Source of the DNA: Candidatus Krumholzibacteriota bacterium
Lineage (GTDB): Bacteria; Krumholzibacteriota; Krumholzibacteriia; LZORAL124-64-63
Reading direction: 5' to 3'
Assembly: GCA_039714075.1 (NCBI GenBank)
Contig: JBDLKA010000003.1
Span: 29,417-93,416 of the forward strand
DNA: 64,000 bases
The translations under genes and the position numbers were made by a program. Below the pieces are notes generated by a model, which saw only the letters and a list, made by a program, of their open reading frames with translations, ran no database searches and was not told the origin of the DNA. This document shows, one piece after another, positions 55,753 to 64,000 of the stretch (position 1 is the first letter of the stretch; each line of letters begins with the position of its first letter).

Positions 55753-56336
55753 CGATCCCCGCTTTCAGAGTTGGCCTCGTCTTCAACCTGTGCCTCCACG
55801 TTCTGCTTGATCTCAATGTACTCCAGATCCGGTGTGGCCTCCAGCCCGATTCCCGTAAGCACGTCGCCGTCACGGGTGAACCGGTCGAAGACATCGTTGT
55901 GAATCAGCTGGGTCTCGTTGTTGAAGAAAAGTTCCTCGGTTTCCAGTTTCCGGCCGTCATCGGTAATAACGATGACGTTGCCCCAGGCATGAATGTCCTT
56001 GGTGTTGAGATTGGCCCGGCCGCTGTCCGCGGTCAGAACCGAGAAGTGGTCCCCCTGCTTGAAGAAATCCATGTGCAGGGTCACCAACTGGACATCCTGT
56101 TCCCCGGCGTATTTGAGCATCTTGTCGCTCTGGAGGACCCACAGCCGCGTTCCCTTTTCGGTTTCAATCAACCGGTAATCGAAAAACTGCTGTTCGGGGC
56201 TCCTGGAGGTCCTGGCCGCGGGCGAGGCGGCCTGGGACGGTTCCTCGGAATCGACACATCCGCCCAGGACCATCAACAGGACCACTGCCGACACAAGTCG
56301 GGAGGCTCGCTGCGGTAGAAAGGATAAGAGTTTCAT
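55749..56336 (-). CDS. lptC: LptC-like LPS export protein, apparent lipoprotein
   Basis: LGGC lipobox, beta-rich LTADSG...GNV...LETEEL pattern; overlaps the lptB start. Confidence 0.8.
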   Translation of the reverse strand: MKLLSFLPQRASRLVSAVVLLMVLGGCVDSEEPSQAASPAARTSRSPEQQFFDYRLIETEKGTRLWVLQSDKMLKYAGEQDVQLVTLHMDFFKQGDHFSVLTADSGRANLNTKDIHAWGNVIVITDDGRKLETEELFFNNETQLIHNDVFDRFTRDGDVLTGIGLEATPDLEYIEIKQNVEAQVEDEANSESGDR

Positions 56337-56351
56337 TTCTTCCTGACGTGT

Positions 56352-57317
56352 TCATTGACTCCAGCGTTGGTGGAACCACACCCATTCGGCCGGGTTCCGC
56401 CGAATGAAATATTCCAGCCGGGAATTGCAGAGGGCCAGAAAGCCCTTAACATCATCGTCACCCGAGCCCCCTTTCTTGAATTCCAGGGGGGGCAGGTGAA
56501 CCACCCGTTGGCGATTGGTCCGCTGATCGCGGGCCATGGCCACCGGTACTACGGGAATGTCGTACCGCAGGGCCAAACGCGCCAATCCGACGGGCGTGGG
56601 CGCCGGCTCACCAAAAAACGGAACATCCAGATTCCGGGTTCTGGTGTACTGATCCTGGAGGATGGCCACGATGCCGCCCCCCTGCAGGTAACGCAACAGG
56701 GGGCCCGCCCCCTCATCGCGGGGAAGCACCGTCATTCCCAGGTCCCGCCGCCGGCTTTGCAGCAGCCGATCGACCGGCGGGTTGTGTACGGTGCCGGTTA
56801 CGACCCCCAGGCCGTCCAGGCCGCGCCGGCGGAGTTCACGGGCCAGCCAGGCACCCAGAAGTTCCCAGCATCCCAGATGGCCGGTCAGGATGAAGACACC
56901 CTGCCCCGGCGCCGCCAGTTCAGCCAGCAGGTCACCCACCCGGGGCATCCCCGCGTCAGGCTCTTCCATGACGTAATCGCCTTGATCCAGCAGGCGGCCC
57001 GCGGCCAGGGTATCGAAAAGGTTCCGGCCCATGGCCGTGGCTGAATCCTTCAGGAGACGTTCGCGGCCCGGCCCGTCAAGCTCGGGAAACGCCCGCGCCA
57101 GGTTGGCGGCGGCCACCCGTCTGTCCCGGGGTCGCAACTTCAGGGCCAATCCGGCCAGGCCGGCTCCAAACCGCCGCCCGGCCGCCGGGGGAACCAGGTC
57201 GGCCCCCTGCAGCAGAAGGGCGACCAGCAGCCAGTAGAAGCGCCGCCGGACCTTGCGCCACAGTGCGATATCACCCTCGGGCAATGGGTTCGGGCCTCCC
57301 ACGTTGTCGTTCCCCAT
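56352..57317 (-). CDS. Lipid A late acyltransferase (LpxL/HtrB family)
   Basis: NLARAFPE, GHLGCWE, DQ...VPFFG, IRRNPAEWVWFHQRW. Confidence 0.88.
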   Translation of the reverse strand: MGNDNVGGPNPLPEGDIALWRKVRRRFYWLLVALLLQGADLVPPAAGRRFGAGLAGLALKLRPRDRRVAAANLARAFPELDGPGRERLLKDSATAMGRNLFDTLAAGRLLDQGDYVMEEPDAGMPRVGDLLAELAAPGQGVFILTGHLGCWELLGAWLARELRRRGLDGLGVVTGTVHNPPVDRLLQSRRRDLGMTVLPRDEGAGPLLRYLQGGGIVAILQDQYTRTRNLDVPFFGEPAPTPVGLARLALRYDIPVVPVAMARDQRTNRQRVVHLPPLEFKKGGSGDDDVKGFLALCNSRLEYFIRRNPAEWVWFHQRWSQ

Positions 57318-57381
57318 ACCGCGCCACCCGGCAGGCGCCGCGATCCTGACCTACTTTGCCCCGTTTTGAGGGGCTCCGTCA

Positions 57382-57397
57382 AGCACAAGTTGTGCCA
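57382..57397 (-). promoter_or_regulatory. Sigma54-type site upstream of the operon containing rpoN
   Basis: TGGCACAACTTGTGCT (1 mismatch), overlapping a TTGACG hexamer. Confidence 0.55.
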
Positions 57398-57487
57398 CCT
57401 GTGCAAATAGTTTGGTTACAAGCAATTGGGAGAGTACGGGTCAATGTGAAATTAACAAATAGTCATATGAAAAAGAAAGCCCGGGGC

Positions 57488-58507
57488 TTACAGCAGCCCG
57501 GCCCGCAACACATCGTGGATATGCAGCAGCCCCACGGGCCGGCGATCTTCATCCACGGCCAAAAGCAGGGTCACCGGCCCGCGCTTTCGTTCCTCCATCA
57601 TGCGCAGGGCGGCGATCGCCAGCATTTCCGGGCTTATGGTGGTCGGCCGGTCGTTCATGGCATGGGTGATGGGCAGATCCAGGGCGTTGTCGTTCTCCAG
57701 GAGCACCCGCTTGATGTCTCCATCCACGCACAGCCCCATAAGCTTCCCGTCATCATCGACAACGCAGGCGCCACCGAGGCGTTTGCCGACGATCTCGGGC
57801 AGCGATTCCCGCAAAGTCAGCCGGTGCGAAACCCGGGGCAGTTCGTCACCGGTGTGCATCAGTTCCGACACCTTCAGCAACAGGCTGCGCCCGAGAACGC
57901 CGCTGGGATGGAACATGGCGAAATCCTCGGCCCGGAATCCCCGCAGCCGGATCAGGGCGACGACCAGGGCGTCCCCCATGGCCATGGCGGCGACGGAGCT
58001 GGTGGTCGGGGTCAGGTTCAACGGACAGGCTTCCCGCTCGATCGGGGTGTGCAACAGGATGTCGCTGACGGTGGAAATCTCGGAATCCCGGCTCCCGGTA
58101 ATGGTCACGGTGGTCATGCCGAACTGACGGCACCGGGCCAGCAAGGCCACGACCTCGTCGTTGTTGCCGCTGCGTGAAATGGCGATGAGGATATCGGAGC
58201 CCCTGACGATGCCCAGGTCGCCGTGGGTCGCCTCCACCGGATGGATGAAATGGCTGGGCGTTCCGGTGCTGGTCAGGCTGGCGGCCAGCTTCCGGGCCAC
58301 GATGCCGGACTTGCCCAGCCCCGTCACCAGGACCCGGCCCGAACACTCGTAAAGACGCCGCACGGCCCTGGCGAAATCCTCGTCCAGGCCGTGGCCGATG
58401 GACTCCAACGCACCGGCTTCCTGCAGAAAGGCTTCGCGGCCGAAACCGAGCAGGCTCTCGTCGCTCAGTTCGTCGGCGGATGGGTTCCGGCGGGGCATCT
58501 CCATCAT
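57488..58507 (-). CDS. kdsD: Arabinose-5-phosphate isomerase (KpsF/GutQ, SIS + CBS)
   Basis: GLGKSG, EATHGDLG, EACPLNLTPTTS, FHPSG, CBS pair. Start 58507 overlaps the kdsC stop. Confidence 0.93.
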   Translation of the reverse strand: MMEMPRRNPSADELSDESLLGFGREAFLQEAGALESIGHGLDEDFARAVRRLYECSGRVLVTGLGKSGIVARKLAASLTSTGTPSHFIHPVEATHGDLGIVRGSDILIAISRSGNNDEVVALLARCRQFGMTTVTITGSRDSEISTVSDILLHTPIEREACPLNLTPTTSSVAAMAMGDALVVALIRLRGFRAEDFAMFHPSGVLGRSLLLKVSELMHTGDELPRVSHRLTLRESLPEIVGKRLGGACVVDDDGKLMGLCVDGDIKRVLLENDNALDLPITHAMNDRPTTISPEMLAIAALRMMEERKRGPVTLLLAVDEDRRPVGLLHIHDVLRAGLL

Positions 58508-59169
58508 TGCCAGGTCTCCTCTTCGGCAGCGGATGACAACTCGGCCCGGGTGGGTTGGGATTCCTTCCGGTCCAGGCCGGCCAGGGCCTGTCCGAACAGC
58601 CCCGCGCTTTTCAGGACCAGGTCCATGATTTCCCGCACGGCCCCCTGGCCGCCCTCCCGCTCGGTCACGTAATCGCAGTATTCCTTCAACTCGACCGGGG
58701 CCGCAGGAACCGCCACCGCGCACCCCACCTCGTACATGGCCGGCAGATCGATCAGGTCATCCCCCATGTACAGGGTGTCTTCGGGCCGGCATTCGGTTTC
58801 CGCCAGGATTTCCCGGAGGGCGGCCACCTTGTCGAACCGGCCCAGCTTGATCGAATCGAAGCGCAATTCCCGGCACCGGCGGTCGACGATCATGCTGTTG
58901 CGGCCCGTCAGCACTGCCCGCTTGATGCCCGCCAGGCGCCCCAGCACCAGGCCGAAACCGTCGTGGCTGTGGAATTCCTTGAGTGCCTCTCCCTTGGCGC
59001 TGAAGATCAGGTTCCCCGGGGTTAAAACCCCGTCGGCGTCGAAAACCATGAGGCGAACCCGGGCCAGACGGTCGGCCAGCTCATCGCCCAGCAGGATGAC
59101 CGCTTCCTGCCGGTAGTCGTCATCGGTGCGGGGAGGCCAGGGTTTTGGTTTCTGTTCCGTATCACTCAC
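58504..59169 (-). CDS. kdsC: KDO-8-phosphate phosphatase (HAD)
   Basis: FDADGVLT, KEF...DG.G, GDDLID, GGQGAVRE. Confidence 0.92.
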   Translation of the reverse strand: MSDTEQKPKPWPPRTDDDYRQEAVILLGDELADRLARVRLMVFDADGVLTPGNLIFSAKGEALKEFHSHDGFGLVLGRLAGIKRAVLTGRNSMIVDRRCRELRFDSIKLGRFDKVAALREILAETECRPEDTLYMGDDLIDLPAMYEVGCAVAVPAAPVELKEYCDYVTEREGGQGAVREIMDLVLKSAGLFGQALAGLDRKESQPTRAELSSAAEEETWQ

Positions 59170-60002
59170 TCGTTTGCCTCCAGGTACAGATTCCGGTACT
59201 TGATCAGTTCCGCCACGAGAGGTTCGAAGGCCTCCAGGGGCAGCTGGCTGCCGGCATCGCTTTTGGCCCGCGCCGGTTCGGGGTGCACTTCCAGGAAAAC
59301 CAGATCACTGCCCGCGGCCAGGCCGCAGCGGGCCAACAGGGGAATGAGCTCGGGTTTGCCGCCGGTGGTCGTCCCGGTGGAGCCGGGCGACTGGACCGAA
59401 TGGGTGGCGTCGAACACCACGGGATGCCCCAACCGGCGCATGACCTGGATGGAGCGGAAATCGACGGTCAGATCGCGGTACCCGAAAAACGATCCCCTTT
59501 CGGTGAACAGGATCCGCTCGCATCCCACGTGGCGCAGCTTGCCCGCGGCATGGGCCATGTCCGCGGCGGCCAGGAACTGGCCCTTCTTGACGTTGACCAC
59601 GCGGCCGGTTCGGCCGGCCGCTTCCAGCAACGAGGTTTGCCGGCAGAGGAAGGCGGGAATCTGCAGGACTTCCGCCACCTCGGCCACAGCGTCGGCCTCT
59701 TCGGGGTGATGGAAATCGGTCAGGACCGGTACTCCGACGGCATCCCGGATCCGTTCCAGCAGGCGCAGCCCGTCGTCGATTCCCGGACCGCGGTAGGAGT
59801 CCGAGCTGGTCCGGTTGTCCTTCCGGTAACTGGCCTTGAAGCAATAGCCGACCTGCAGGCGTTCGCAGACCGAAGCCAGGGCTTCGGCGGTTTCCAGCAT
59901 TTCGTCGGGGTCCTCGAGAACGCAGGGCCCGGCGATGATGTGCAGGGGCTGCCCCCGGCCCACCTTGTGTTCACCCAGAACAACGGGTGCGGCGACGGTC
60001 AT
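59166..60002 (-). CDS. kdsA: KDO-8-phosphate synthase
   Basis: IAGPCVLE, KDNRTS, QIPAFLCRQT, KKGQF, DATHSVQ. Confidence 0.96.
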   Translation of the reverse strand: MTVAAPVVLGEHKVGRGQPLHIIAGPCVLEDPDEMLETAEALASVCERLQVGYCFKASYRKDNRTSSDSYRGPGIDDGLRLLERIRDAVGVPVLTDFHHPEEADAVAEVAEVLQIPAFLCRQTSLLEAAGRTGRVVNVKKGQFLAAADMAHAAGKLRHVGCERILFTERGSFFGYRDLTVDFRSIQVMRRLGHPVVFDATHSVQSPGSTGTTTGGKPELIPLLARCGLAAGSDLVFLEVHPEPARAKSDAGSQLPLEAFEPLVAELIKYRNLYLEANE

Positions 60003-60055
60003 GCGTGATGGTCCTTCCCTGCGGATCAGCGCTTCGCCAAAGGAAGCGCACCCGC

Positions 60056-61711
60056 TCAGTTGGCGGCCTTGTCCACTGATTTCCTGCTGCCCGTTTCCTG
60101 ATGCTGGACGGCCGCGGCCACGAATTCACGGAACAACGGGTGGGGACGTCCGGGCCGGGATTTCAATTCGGGATGGAACTGGACGGCGATGAAAAAGGGA
60201 TGTTCCGGCAATTCCATGATCTCCACCAGTTCCCCATCGGGCGACAGACCCGAAAACACCACGCCCGCTTCTTCGAAGCGCCCGCGGTAGCTGTTGTTCA
60301 CCTCGTAGCGGTGCCGGTGCCTTTCACTGATTTCCTTTTCACCGTAGCAGGCGGCCGCCCGGCTATCGGGCACCAGGTGACAGGGGTAGGCGCCCAGCCG
60401 CATGGTCCCGCCCAGGTTGGCGATGCCTCGCTGCTCTTCCATGAGATGGATGACCGGGTGCGGCGTTTCGGGAGTGAACTCGGCGGAACCCGCTTTTTCC
60501 AGACCGACCAGGTCGCGCCCGATCTCGATCATGGCGCACTGCAGGCCCAGACAAATCCCGAAAAAGGGCACCTGGTTCTCGCGCGCGTACCGGATGGCGT
60601 TCACCTTGCCCGGGATGCCCCGGTCACCGAATCCCCCCGGCACCAGGATGCCGTGACAGCTGCCGAGGATCTCGGCCAACTGATGGTCCCCCACGTCGTC
60701 GGCTTCGAGGCTTTCCGAATCGATCCAGACCTGCTCCACCTCCACGTGGTGGGGAATGCCCGCGTGGATGAAGGATTCGATGATGCTCTTGTAGGCGTCC
60801 TTGAGTTCCGTGTATTTGCCGACGATGGCGATGCGCACGGTCTGGCCCGGGTTCATGACCGCGTGCACCATGCGCTCCCATTCGGCCATATCCGGCGCGC
60901 CGGTCTCCAGGCCGAGGCGCTCGCAGAAGAGTTGATCGAAATTCTGGGCGTGCAGGTTCAGGGGAACCTGGTAAATGCTCGGCACGTCGCACGCGTCAAA
61001 CACGTGGTCGACTTCCAGGTTGCAGAAGAGGCCGATCTTGCGCCGGGCCTCGTCGCCGATGGGTTTTTCGGAACGGCACACCAGGAAATCCGGTTGGATG
61101 CCGATGCTGCGCAGCTCGCGCACCGAGTGCTGGGTGGGCTTGGTCTTGATCTCGCCCGCGGCGGCGATGTAGGGCACCAGGGTCAGGTGCATCGACGCGG
61201 TGTCTTCGCGGGGCTGCTCCAGGCGGAACTGGCGGATGGCCTCCAGGAAGGGCAGGCTTTCGATATCGCCCACGGTGCCGCCGATCTCGGTGATGATCAC
61301 ATCGACGTCGGGATTCTCTTTCGCCGGCAGCATGATGCGCCGCTTGATCTCGTCGGTCACGTGGGGAATGACCTGGACGGTGCGGCCCAGATATTCGCCC
61401 TTCCGTTCCTTGGCCAGGATCGTCTCGTAGACCCGGCCGCTGGTCAGGTTGTTGATCTGCGACAGGTTGTTGTCGGTGAACCGTTCATAGTGGCCGAGGT
61501 CCAGATCGCACTCGGCACCGTCCTCAAGGACGAAAACCTCGCCGTGCTGGAAGGGGCTCATGGTGCCGGGGTCCACGTTCAGATAGGGATCGAACTTCTG
61601 CAGGATGACGTTCAGGCCGCGCGCCTTGAGCAGATTACCCAGGGACGCGCAGGCGATCCCCTTGCCCAGGGCCGACACCACACCACCGGTCACGAAAACG
61701 AACTTGGCCAT
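60056..61711 (-). CDS. pyrG: CTP synthase
   Basis: [35 protein letters not shown]. Start ATG 61711. Confidence 0.99.
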   Translation of the reverse strand: MAKFVFVTGGVVSALGKGIACASLGNLLKARGLNVILQKFDPYLNVDPGTMSPFQHGEVFVLEDGAECDLDLGHYERFTDNNLSQINNLTSGRVYETILAKERKGEYLGRTVQVIPHVTDEIKRRIMLPAKENPDVDVIITEIGGTVGDIESLPFLEAIRQFRLEQPREDTASMHLTLVPYIAAAGEIKTKPTQHSVRELRSIGIQPDFLVCRSEKPIGDEARRKIGLFCNLEVDHVFDACDVPSIYQVPLNLHAQNFDQLFCERLGLETGAPDMAEWERMVHAVMNPGQTVRIAIVGKYTELKDAYKSIIESFIHAGIPHHVEVEQVWIDSESLEADDVGDHQLAEILGSCHGILVPGGFGDRGIPGKVNAIRYARENQVPFFGICLGLQCAMIEIGRDLVGLEKAGSAEFTPETPHPVIHLMEEQRGIANLGGTMRLGAYPCHLVPDSRAAACYGEKEISERHRHRYEVNNSYRGRFEEAGVVFSGLSPDGELVEIMELPEHPFFIAVQFHPELKSRPGRPHPLFREFVAAAVQHQETGSRKSVDKAAN

Positions 61712-61728
61712 TCCAGTCTCTCCCGGGT

Positions 61729-62505
61729 TCACGACCCTCTTTGTTGGTTCCACAGTCGTCGTACCACTTCCAGATCATCCGGAGTGTCCACCCCCACCGG
61801 GGCGTTGGCGATGTCCAGCACCTTGATGCGCATGCCGTTCTCGAGGGCGCGCAATTGTTCCAGGCCCTCGGATATTTCCAGGGGCGTCCTGTCCAGGGAC
61901 AGGAACCGCTGCAGGGCCTTTTGGCGAAAAGCGTAGATACCCACGTGCCTCAGGGCCTGCTCGTGGGGCCGGGCCTCCGCTCCCGGGAAGGTACCGGGAA
62001 TCGGCGCCCGAGAAAAGTACAAAGCCTCGCCCCGGACATCCCGGATCACCTTGACCTGGTTGGGATCATTCCAGGACTCCCGGTCGGCGAACCGGTGGGC
62101 GCAGGTCGCCAGGTCGATCCCGGGGTCGGCCCGCATGGCCTTGATCAGGCCGTCGATGTCCTGACTGTCCAGCAGGGGTTCGTCTCCCTGCAGGTTGAGG
62201 ACGATGTCGGCGTCATGGCGCCCGGCCACCTCGCCGATCCGGTCGGTGCCCGTGGCATGGCTCCCGGTCATTTCACACCGGAATCCGGCGGCCAGAACGG
62301 CCTCCTGGATGCGGGTGTCGTCGGTGGCCACCACGACCTCGTCCGCCAAGCCGATGCCGGCGGCCATTTCGGCCACGCGGACGATCAGGGGTTTCCCCGC
62401 GAGGTCGGCCAGCGCCTTGCCGGGGAACCGGGTCGAGTCGAAGCGGGCGGGGATAACCACCAGAACCTTGTCCGCACCCCCCTGGAATTCCTTGGCCACC
62501 GTCAA
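61729..62505 (-). CDS. kdsB: CMP-KDO synthetase
   Basis: [37 protein letters not shown]. Confidence 0.97.
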   Translation of the reverse strand: MTVAKEFQGGADKVLVVIPARFDSTRFPGKALADLAGKPLIVRVAEMAAGIGLADEVVVATDDTRIQEAVLAAGFRCEMTGSHATGTDRIGEVAGRHDADIVLNLQGDEPLLDSQDIDGLIKAMRADPGIDLATCAHRFADRESWNDPNQVKVIRDVRGEALYFSRAPIPGTFPGAEARPHEQALRHVGIYAFRQKALQRFLSLDRTPLEISEGLEQLRALENGMRIKVLDIANAPVGVDTPDDLEVVRRLWNQQRGS

Positions 62506-62519
62506 ACCCTCCCCATTAC

Positions 62520-62550
62520 AAGAGAAGCCCGCCCCCGAGGGGGCGGGCTT
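62520..62550 (-). terminator. Terminator-like hairpin after rpmA
   Basis: AAGCCCGCCCCC-GA-GGGGGCGGGCTT stem with a weak U tail. Confidence 0.65.
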
Positions 62551-62572
62551 GATAAAATCGGTCAGCCATCCA

Positions 62573-62827
62573 CTAGAAGGGCTGGATGTTGACCCGCTTC
62601 TTGGACCCGCGGAAGTCCTCGAATTGAACCGTGCCGTCGATCAGGGCGAACAGGGTGTCGTCCCCGCCCTTGCCGACATGCTTGCCGGGATGGATGCGCG
62701 TGCCACGCTGCCGCACGATGATGGTGCCGGCGCGCACAGCCTGTCCCCCGAACCTTTTCACACCCAGGTGTTGCGGGTTGCTGTCCCGCCCGTTCCTGGT
62801 TGATCCGCCTGCTTTTTTATGAGCCAT
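62573..62827 (-). CDS. rpmA: 50S ribosomal protein bL27
   Basis: [24 protein letters not shown]. Confidence 0.99.
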   Translation of the reverse strand: MAHKKAGGSTRNGRDSNPQHLGVKRFGGQAVRAGTIIVRQRGTRIHPGKHVGKGGDDTLFALIDGTVQFEDFRGSKKRVNIQPF

Positions 62828-62839
62828 GGTGGTGCTCCT

Positions 62840-63151
62840 TTAACCGTTGATTCCGGTGATCATGATCTCGGTGAAGGCCTGGCGATGGCCGTTCTTGCGG
62901 CGGTAGTTCTTCCGCCTCTTCTTCTTGAAGACCACGATCTTGCGGCTACGGCCATGACCGATGATCTCGGCGGCCACGGACGCGCCCTCCACAGTGGGAG
63001 TGCCGACCTTGACATCATCGCCATCGGCGAACATGAGGACTTCGTCGAAGGTCACGCTGTCGCCGACCTCGTTATCCAGCAGGGGCACCTGAACCTTGGT
63101 ATCGGGCTGGACCCGGTACTGCTGGTTCTTGATCTTGACTACGGCGTACAT
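62840..63151 (-). CDS. rplU: 50S ribosomal protein bL21
   Basis: MYAVVK...QYRV, KKKRRKNYRRKNGHRQ. Start ATG 63151. Confidence 0.98.
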   Translation of the reverse strand: MYAVVKIKNQQYRVQPDTKVQVPLLDNEVGDSVTFDEVLMFADGDDVKVGTPTVEGASVAAEIIGHGRSRKIVVFKKKRRKNYRRKNGHRQAFTEIMITGING

Positions 63152-63270
63152 CGCGTTGACTCTCCGATTCTTCACAGAAACTGCTGACGGAACCCGCTGC
63201 CGGGGCTCACACAAAAATGCCCGTCGGGGAGACCAATCTTCGGCCTCCCTGTGGCGAACTGCAAGCGCAT

Positions 63271-63300
63271 ATAATAAGAGCCCGAAACCGGTTTCGTCAA
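63271..63300 (-). promoter_or_regulatory. Sigma70-type promoter of rplU-rpmA
   Basis: TTGACG-N18-TATTAT. Confidence 0.6.
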
Positions 63301-63358
63301 GGAATCGCGTTATTTTTCCGAAAAATGGGCTTTTCGACCGGTTTGGACCCCAACCAGG

Positions 63359-63386
63359 TTGACAACCGTCCGGAACTTCGTAAAGT
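63359..63386 (+). promoter_or_regulatory. Sigma70-type promoter of trxB
   Basis: TTGACA-N16-TAAAGT. Confidence 0.5.
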
Positions 63387-63440
63387 ATGCCGATGCGCAC
63401 AAAGCCAGGCCATTACTCTTGAACGGGAGATTTCACCAAA

Positions 63441-64000
63441 ATGAGCGAAAAACAGGAATTCAAGGTCATTATCGTGGGTTCCGGCCCCGCCGGCTACACG
63501 GCCGGCCTCTATCTCAGCCGGGCCAACATTTCCAATCTGTTGTTCCAGGGTGAACAGCCCGGCGGGCAGCTGACCATCACCACCGAGGTCGAAAACTACC
63601 CCGCCTTCCCCGAAGGCATCCAGGGCCCGGAGCTGATGGAAAAATTCAAGGCCCAGGCCGAGCGCTTCGGGACCGTGATCAAAAGTGAAACAGTCACTTC
63701 GGTCGATATGAGCTCGCATCCCTTCAAGGTGACCACGAACGCCGGCGACTACACCGTTCCCGCTGTGATCATAGCATCGGGAAGCAGCGCAAGGTGGCTG
63801 GGCCTGCCCGACGAGGAGGCCTTCTACGGCAAGGGCCTGAGCGCCTGCGCCACCTGCGACGGGTTCTTTTTCAACGGACAGGAAATCGCCGTGGTCGGCG
63901 GTGGGGACACCGCCCTCGAGGAAGCCGTGTTCCTGACCAACTTCGCTTCCAAGGTTACCCTGATCCACCGGCGGGATGAGCTGCGCGGCTCGAAGATCAT
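63441..64000 (+). CDS. trxB: Thioredoxin reductase (partial, runs off right edge)
   Basis: Not in the ORF track. MSEKQEFKVIIVGSGPAGYTA, GGQLTITTEVENYP, SACATCDGFFF, VVGGGDTALEEA. Confidence 0.97.
   Translation, partial: MSEKQEFKVIIVGSGPAGYTAGLYLSRANISNLLFQGEQPGGQLTITTEVENYPAFPEGIQGPELMEKFKAQAERFGTVIKSETVTSVDMSSHPFKVTTNAGDYTVPAVIIASGSSARWLGLPDEEAFYGKGLSACATCDGFFFNGQEIAVVGGGDTALEEAVFLTNFASKVTLIHRRDELRGSKI

Noticed and set aside
47397..61936. Long plus-strand ORFs opposite ptsI, hprK, rpoN and pyrG
   Set aside because: Shadow ORFs; the minus-strand genes are unambiguous.

Overview
A GC-rich bacterial chromosomal window that is almost entirely core genome. I see no rRNA, tRNA, CRISPR array, integrase or transposase. 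It carries GT4-yqeC-mocA-like (partial), groES-groEL with CIRCE, valS-rodZ-like-uvrB-nadC-birA-coaX, a membrane PP2C phosphatase, tlpA/crcB/dsbD, an RpoD-family sigma with a histone-H1-like tail, a ~2200-aa SprA, lptFG, and a long minus-strand run: rplU-rpmA, kdsB-pyrG-kdsA-kdsC-kdsD, lpxL-like-lptC-lptB-rpoN-hpf-hprK-mannose-class PTS-PGI/PMI-nucleotidyltransferase-metK. trxB is partial at the right end. SprA together with an MglA-like protein and this rpoN/PTS cluster suggests an FCB-related, non-Bacteroidota diderm (inference only). The most interesting signals are mostly outside the ORF track: (1) a self-contained unit of sigma28-type promoter, occluded RBS, 22-aa hydrophobic ORF and terminator at 16973-17230; (2) two more sigma28-type promoters, before an orphan CheY and a zinc-ribbon protein; (3) an MglA-like protein with degenerate GTPase motifs and an unknown gene on back-to-back sigma54-type promoters, close to SprA; (4) a 10-bp-period repeat array upstream of a PKD lipoprotein promoter. 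All calls come from motif recognition by eye; no searches were run.
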